64,000 nucleotides of DNA, taken from positions 3,534,001 to 3,598,000 of the forward strand of contig CM022676.1 of assembly GCA_012295275.1 (NCBI GenBank), in the 5' to 3' direction. The notes under the pieces were generated by a model, which was not told the DNA's origin, searched no databases, and worked only from the letters and a program-made list of their open reading frames with translations. The stretch is from Chrysomallon squamiferum. Lineage: Eukaryota > Animalia > Mollusca. This document shows, in pieces, positions 58,875-64,000 of this stretch (within the stretch, counting starts at the first letter, position 1; each line of letters begins with the position of its first letter). The translations under genes and the position numbers were made by a program.

Positions 58875-59363
58875 GAATATAATAAAATATATTTACTGGC
58901 TGATTAATTTTCAGAAATAGCGGTATTTCACTAACGTTAAAAAGAACTGTTAAAACTGTTTTGAAACAACCAATTTAAAACTGACAATGAAACACTTTAA
59001 ATAATTGTAGCCCACAGCAAGATTCAGATGAAATTCTAAATTTGGGAATCTTGATATCTTTCAGTCACTTTATTTCTGTTTATGGTCGAAGTGTAACGAT
59101 GTTGAAGCGATAAATAAAAGAACGAAATAAAAGAGTAAAACAAAAAAAAAAACACAAAAAAAATAAACACTTTTAAATGTTTAAATTTAGAAATCTCGAT
59201 TATTATTTTTATTAAAAAAAAAAAAAAAAAAATGATCTTGTGTAATAAATAAATAAACAAAAAAGAAAAAACAAAAACAGAAAGAACGAAGAAAAAAAAA
59301 ATCTATTTCACGAACAGTTTCAAATCAGACATAGACAACAGATTTAAAAAAAAGCGAAAGATG

Positions 59364-59399
<36 letters not shown>

Positions 59400-60037
59400 A
59401 ATTTCATTATCTAAATTATTTAATATCTTTCATCTAATTACCATAGTTACAAAATACGTCGGCCGACAACAGATAAAAAAAAAAAAAAAAAAAAAAAAAT
59501 TAGTATACCCTGCAACATTAGACCGACGTAGTTTTTAACAGCCTCTTTCAATTGGACGTCGTCGTTTCATAAATCATAACGTACTTATCAAACTCACTAG
59601 GGTCCTTCCAGTGTCTGTCGTCTCGACAATCCGTCACTTTTTTTCGTCGGCTAATAAAATCAGTTAACGAGAAACACATCACTGGCTCATCAGAACAAAG
59701 GAAATTAACTAGGATAATTCCAAGCAAAACGAAGATGTGATTATGTTTTTAATAACGTTTAGTTTATTTGAAGTCTGACATCAGACACATCAAAGTTTTT
59801 GAAAAAAAAAAAAAGTCTGCGTGCTGACGTTATTATACCTTTCGTTTCGTTATGTAATATCGGCTTTCAAGTCTTAAATTTATTTCAAAAATAAATGTCA
59901 CATGAAAAGAGCCGGTGATTAGTTTTTAGGTATATATATATATAAGGTATAATTTATTTATATAAATTATTATAGGGTTGTCCTGTTTTATATAGTACCT
60001 GACGTGGGTGGTTAACGAATTATAGGGAGAAACAAAC

Positions 60038-60110
<73 letters not shown>

Positions 60111-60241
60111 GAATATTTGAGTATATGTGTGAATATTATAATTATACTACTGTATAGGTGAGATCGTCTGTTTGTACAAAGGTATTCATAGAATTTATTT
60201 ATTTAATTATGTTTCTGTCGCTCTTTGTATTTTGCTTGTTC

Positions 60242-60313
<72 letters not shown>

Positions 60314-61923
60314 CATATTTATAAAGATGCCAATGACTGTATGTATTTATGTTTGTCTCTGTACGACTGTGCGTCACTGATTACGTCATAACGTTCTGTT
60401 GAACGTGTTCTGTTAGCTTTTCGCACCAATTTAGACATCGTATTGGAAAGATATTAGATCGTTACATTGCAAAATGTTATTGTTCGCTAAACAACAAGAA
60501 AAAAATATATAAATTCACCACGCGAAAGATGATCGAAAATCGATGGTAATAAAAAAACAAAAATAAAAGAAAACGAAACGAATTCCAGAATATGAGAATA
60601 GAAAAAAGGTAAATGTTATACGTAACTAATTTCATTTCATATTTTTTAGTTCTTTTTTCTCGTTTTAATTTCACATTATTACTATTATTTATTTCATTTT
60701 ATTTTACTGTTATTATTATTTTTTTAATTATTATCTAACATTTCACAACACTATCTCATAATGCCAAGGAAGATTCTAAAATATCGCGAAATTGCTATGG
60801 TTACCAGATTAATAAAAAATTCAAGATGAAAAATAACGTAATGTTTAAAGACACCCACTCATAGAGTTAATATTAACTATTGCTGCTTGATATTGAAATT
60901 CGCATATACTGTACAGAAAGCGCTGTTTAAAATAAATAAATGAATACAGAAACAAAAAAGAAAGAAAGAAAGAAAGAGAGAAATAAAGAAAGAAGGAAGG
61001 AAACAAACAAAAAACAAATAAAGAAATCACTACTACTATTAATAATACAAACCTCAGTTATAGTAATATTAGTTGTAGTAGTGGCAGTAGTAGTAATAGC
61101 AAAAGCAGCAGTAGCAGTACCAGCAGCAGCAGTAGTGGTAGTAGTAGCAGCAGTAGTAACACGGTTGAATAATATTTAAGATTACTGATTTATAGGGATA
61201 TCTTTCTTTGTTAGCAGAAACAATTATTTAAACAGCGCCTTACCATAAACCGGAAAACATGTACATTTACAGCCTTTCACATATCAATCGCGAGTCCCTG
61301 GCCAGAACGTGAAATAGTTAACCAAGTGCTAAATTGGGATCGATCATGTGATCAGTCACGCCACTACAATCATCGGATGTTACTTAGTTACGGTTCGGTC
61401 GTCTTAAATTACTTTGTACGACAGAAAAGGTATACTGTTCAGAAAAAGTTCTCCGCATACAAGTTATACAAGAGATTCCTACGTTAATTTTTTTTTTCTT
61501 TAACGCCAACGTCTCCAGTAATGAATATTAATAAGGTATCGATGTTATCTGTCTTTATATTTGTCATAACGTCTTAGAAATCGTATGGTAATGCTTCAGA
61601 AACTGACTGCAGTGGTTATAAATATCGTTATTGTTACAGTTATGATTTATACTTTTCAAAATTGATTTGGATAATTGTGCCAGTAACTTATAAATGCCAA
61701 GGAGTTATTTTCAGGCAGACAGATGTACACAAAGTATTAGTAATGGTAGAGGAATTGTAAACTGCTCAGAAAAGAAACGGGTGAAGAGTTGTTAAAACAT
61801 GAAATAATCTTGAAAAATCTTTGAGACTGGTAACTATAGTTTTGAATGTAGTGATCGTATAAAGAATAAATAAATAAATAAATGATGATGATTGCAGTAA
61901 TAATAATAATAATGACGATAATA

Positions 61924-61954
<31 letters not shown>

Positions 61955-62079
61955 CAATAATAATAATGACAACCACAACAAAAAACAACAACAACAACAA
62001 TAATAATAATAATAATAAACAAAAATATTTTTGAAAAAAGTTTTGTTCTAGCAATGAAATGTGACGATGACACTGTTAA

Positions 62080-62115
<36 letters not shown>

Positions 62116-63907
62116 TTAAGTTAAAATTAAAAATTAATATAAATAAATAAAAAAAAAAAAAAAATTCAAATTAAAAAAATAATTTTAAAAATATTAAAAT
62201 TTAAAAAAAAAAAAAAAAAAATTAAAGTAAAATGTACAAACGTTCAGCATTCTTACAACCATCTTGCAAAAACAAAACGTCCGACATGTGGGTCGCAGAC
62301 GTCTTCATCAAGAAGCAGACGAGAACGCCGTTAATTGACAATTGTTATTTCTGAAACAGCTGATGCGCGCCGAGTCAGCCCGTTTCTTTTTCGTTTGGCC
62401 TCGGCCATGTTTAATGGGCAAACCGTGTAATTAGTGGACAATGGGAAAGGAAAGAAATAATTGTTCCATTCGAAGCAGGGGCACTTTTTTTTTTTCCGCT
62501 ACATGTTTATTCTGCGTAAAAACGTAGACGGTATGCGGTATATTTAAATACACTGTGAGCGATGAATGCTCAATTTATTGCCACACTTTGGTCGATAAAT
62601 TATTTTAAGAAATCGAACTGTTTGTTAGCGAGCTGGTGAGAGGTAATTTCGTACAGTATCTACAGGCTGGGAGAAACTGTACCGCGAGAAATCAATCCCA
62701 TAATGCCATTCCGTGCACGTGGTCGTTGTTTTGTGTGTGTCTGTTTGTCTGATCGTCTTTTTTTTTTTTTTTGTATGTGCCTGCTTAAATGAACATACAG
62801 CGTCTTGAACAAAAAGCAGAAAGTTGTAATGCTTTTTCGTATTCTTTGAGATTTGTCCTTTCTCACTGCATTTCGTAGAAAAATTCAAAATATTCAAAAT
62901 GACAAATTCAGACGTAACGCCGCAAGTTGCTTGTTTCTAAATCCAACCAAGGATTTGTTATTCTGCTTATACCTTCATGAACGAGTTTATGCAGAAACAC
63001 AAAGATGTAGAAGGCATAATCCTGCATTCGACTGTGTGTGTGTGTGTGTCTGTACAAGTAGAAAGATAGACAGATAGATTGACAGATAGAAAAACAAAAC
63101 TGATATATTGACAGACAGATAGGGACAGACAAATGGACAGATTGCTAAATAGATATAAAAAGAGAGAGAGAGAGAAAAAAAAGAAAGGACAAAGAGACAA
63201 GCCAGACAAATATATTGTCGAAAAGGTTTCAGTTTAGTCTCCAGAGTGTCACAGCAAAGTAAAAAGTTATCGATATTCGTCTCATGGTGTTATATCTTGT
63301 TTAATAATATCTGCACGAAGTTCAGCTCTAAACACTTCTGTGGTTGTTTTTTTTCTTTGATTGAGAATCTAATTTAAATAACTTCTTTTGAATACGGGAC
63401 ATGGCGAGCTGTCACAAAAGGAAGACTGAATCACTGGGGGAATGCTGCTGTTTGAAAGTTCATTCTTCTTCCAGCTTTGATAGAGATGATAGCCTCTCTC
63501 GATGATGTCCTATGAGAGTTTACACACACTTGTGATGCTTTTTTTTTTGTTTTTTTCACTCTCCACCAACCTGCTTGTATCAACAGATACTATGTTTATA
63601 AGGAATCGATTGAGCATCTTTAAATTGCAGTGAGGTTAATACCCAATCATTTTATATGAAAACCGTAGAATTGATCGGACGCCAGTGACAATGAAACCGG
63701 TGTCCAATGAAGGACAGAATTGGTCCGTTTCTAATGTAACCAGCCAAACATGAAATGAAATGATTTTTTTTCCCCCCAATGCGAATTAGATACACTTCAT
63801 CCAAATGGATGATATCCGCTTCAGGGTGAAAAAGTTTAATTCATCGAACTGGTTTTGTGTTGTTGTTGTTATTATTATTATTTTTTTTTTTTTCTCTCCT
63901 ATTTCAG

Positions 63908-64000
63908 ACGACTGCAGGACTGTGATTATAAGACTCATTTTATAGCCGTGCTTTATATGCAGAAGCCCGTTATATTACCATTCAGTGCATTCCGAGACGC
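63908..64000 (+). other. Candidate exon start running off the window end
   Basis: Strong acceptor (T)n-CTCTCCTATTTCAG ending at 63907; one frame open to the window end (RLQDCDYKTHFIAVLYMQKPVILPFSAFRD); no recognisable homology. Confidence 0.25.

Overview
Eukaryotic (animal) non-coding DNA. It is very AT-rich and dense in microsatellites: (AG)n, (AC)n, (AT)n, (ATT)n, (CAT)n, (TATG)n, (TCTA)n and long A/T runs. The style resembles molluscan, possibly coleoid cephalopod, genomes, but that is inference only. I can support no protein-coding gene, transposase or RT, tRNA/rRNA gene or CRISPR array. Almost every ORF in the track is a translated microsatellite or minisatellite. The window reads as a large intron or gene desert, with short CpG-containing unique islands separated by simple repeats. 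It also holds several minisatellites and old degenerate arrays, a 145-bp dispersed repeat present twice, and tRNA-derived SINE-like remnants. The most notable signals are: (1) a ~2.3-kb purine-rich tract (50.4-52.6 kb) with three exact and several degenerate copies of TAAGAGGACTGCCACT, which fit miR-34 seed plus 3' pairing or a decayed KR-cleavage repeat; (2) a perfect 7-pentamer heat-shock element at 25.1 kb; (3) a triple palindromic CRE cluster at 56.7 kb; and (4) a candidate 15-nt microexon at 50.5 kb.
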